A stretch of 63,429 nt of DNA, the filler included, from Lenisia limosa (lineage: Eukaryota; Protista; Breviatea), in the NCBI GenBank assembly GCA_001655205.1. It is 15 parts of 15 records of this genome, joined end to end, with 100 filler letters (N's around TTAATTAATTAA, not from the genome) between each part and the next. Parts side by side here need not be neighbours in the genome. Positions count along the whole stretch, not along the records: positions 60,352 to 63,429 come from LPNZ01005210.1; 14 more parts are not named here. One strand, given 5' to 3'. A program made the translations under genes and the position numbers. This document shows, piece after piece, positions 62,109-63,429 of this stretch. The number at the start of each line of letters is the position of its first letter. The stretch's first letter is position 1. The notes beneath the pieces were generated by a model. That model was given only the letters and a program-made list of their open reading frames with translations, made no database searches and was not told the origin of the DNA.

Positions 62109-62186
62109 GGGCTTCCCTGCGGTCCCAAAAAAAGACGAAATTTCTCGATAAATCATCGATTTTTTACCGGTCTTTTTGGGAAGCCC
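62109..62186. mobile_element. MITE family A (subfamily 2, shortened)
   Basis: gggcttccctgcggtcccaaaaaaagac...ggtctttttgggaagccc|ta. Further partial copies at ~19980-20039, 21195-21238, 21657-21732, 28520-28581, 30235-30310, 34860-34910, 45830-45872, 49255-49290, 54725-54765 and 61347-61400. Confidence 0.85.
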
Positions 62187-62211
62187 TAATTACAGGTTTT
62201 TCAGATACTTA

Positions 62212-62347
62212 CTCTAACCGCGATAAGTCCTGACAAGGATAGAGAGCTTTTTCTTTAGTCAAACATGTCAGGACTTATTTATAGTTTTAAATCACAAAAT
62301 TATACAATTACACAGATATTCACCATCAGGACTTATCACGGTTAGAG
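62212..62347. mobile_element. 136-bp MITE, TA-flanked
   Basis: TA|CTCTAACCGCGATAAGTCCTGA ... TCAGGACTTATCACGGTTAGAG|TA; 22-bp TIR with one mismatch. Confidence 0.85.
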
Positions 62348-63311
62348 TATACACTGGCTGGGACAAGTCCTGGTATGATTGACTGAGGATAAAGCTCAAT
62401 ATCCATATAATCATATAGTACCACATGCTATTGCCATCAAAAGGCCTACCACGGCTTGTCGATTAGTGAAGTTATTTCCATAGCAGTTGGCGAAGAAGTT
62501 GCTAAAGTATCAAGAAAAGGCAAATATCAAAATAGGAGAGTATCAAAGAAAGAAAGTATCTAGGAAAGCTTAAAATTAGGATAACAAATATGGAAAGCAC
62601 TAAGGGTCATCGTCATCATATATCATCATATATACATATAGCTATATACTTTTTTTTGGCCTCTTATATACATTAAAAATACACAGCACTTTGATATAAT
62701 TAATGATAACTCCTTATAAAAACCTCTCAAGTGTAACCCCCCCCCAAACCGAACAAGGAAGGACACACACGAGTGGAAGAGGGAATCGGTCATATCCAGT
62801 GGTAGAGCCGTTTCTGTGAAGTGGGGGGGGGGGGGNNNNNNNNNNNNNNNNNNNNNNNNNNNNNNNNNNNNNNNNNNNNNNNNNNNNNNNNNNNNNNNNN
62901 NNNNNNNNNNNNNNNNNNNNNNNNNNNNNNNNNNTATACAAATTATCTAAAATAATATATCGTAACATATATCGTATATTATATAGCCACCATGATAAAG
63001 ACAAGACATTATTATTATTTTTTATAAAGAGAAAAATATGACACCAAAACGAATAATATGACTTACTCATTTTCCCAAGGATATGATATTATTATTCATA
63101 AAACAATTTAATGCTTACGTCGAGTGATGGACTCCAAGAACAGGCCAATTCCGTGCGAAATCGCGTCCACTCTATATTGTGAGAAGAGGGAAGTTGTGGT
63201 GTGGTGGGGGGTGAAAAGGTGTGTGTAGTATATATAATGTGTGATATTACATGTATTATGATATATCGAAATGTGCTATCATGCGTATTATCCTATGTAT
63301 GTATGTGGGGA

Positions 63312-63425
63312 GGGGGGGAGTAAAATTGGAAAATTTATGAAATAAAAAAAGCCCAAACTCAACTCTGTTGGCTGACAACACACAAGAGTTGATAACAACA
63401 ATACAAACAAAGCCCAAGCGGGTCG
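63312..63425 (-). repeat. Family C repeat
   Basis: ggggagtaaaattggaaaatttatgaaataaaaaaagcccaaactcaactctgttggctgacaacacacaagagttgataacaacaatacaaacaaagccca. Confidence 0.9.
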
Positions 63426-63429
63426 TTTC

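Overview
Eukaryotic, intron-rich (GT-AG) protist-like draft genome sequence. It is not one locus: 14 artificial 100-nt spacers (44 N + TTAATTAATTAA + 44 N, stops in all six frames) join about 15 separate contigs/scaffolds, and many further N gaps sit next to poly-G/poly-C runs. Because the genes are heavily spliced, the supplied ORF track is mostly exon fragments or noise; I reconstructed exons by eye. Best-supported genes: TFIIB (5' part, minus), a complete secreted EGF-repeat + MACPF perforin-like protein, an LRR/LRRcap + multi-pass membrane protein, an RCC1-repeat protein, an FHA protein, an MA3/MI-domain (eIF4G/PDCD4-type) protein, an NF-YC/POLE4-type histone-fold protein head-to-head with TFIIB, a long coiled-coil protein, a lectin/Cys-rich/IPT surface protein and a TKL-like kinase fragment. 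The most striking non-coding signal is a dense population of small interspersed elements, mostly intronic: a ~97-bp TA-flanked palindromic MITE (over 20 copies, with helically phased TCGA motifs), a 77-bp CAGTG Tc1/mariner-type MITE, several larger TIR elements, a hairpin-bearing repeat, and a ~150-bp repeat that lies almost always sense to its host gene and often ends at the 3' splice site. Many introns start with G-runs and end with C-runs. An isolated ~90-bp 28S rRNA fragment is also present. No CRISPR array or tRNA is supported, and the organism cannot be named from this window alone.
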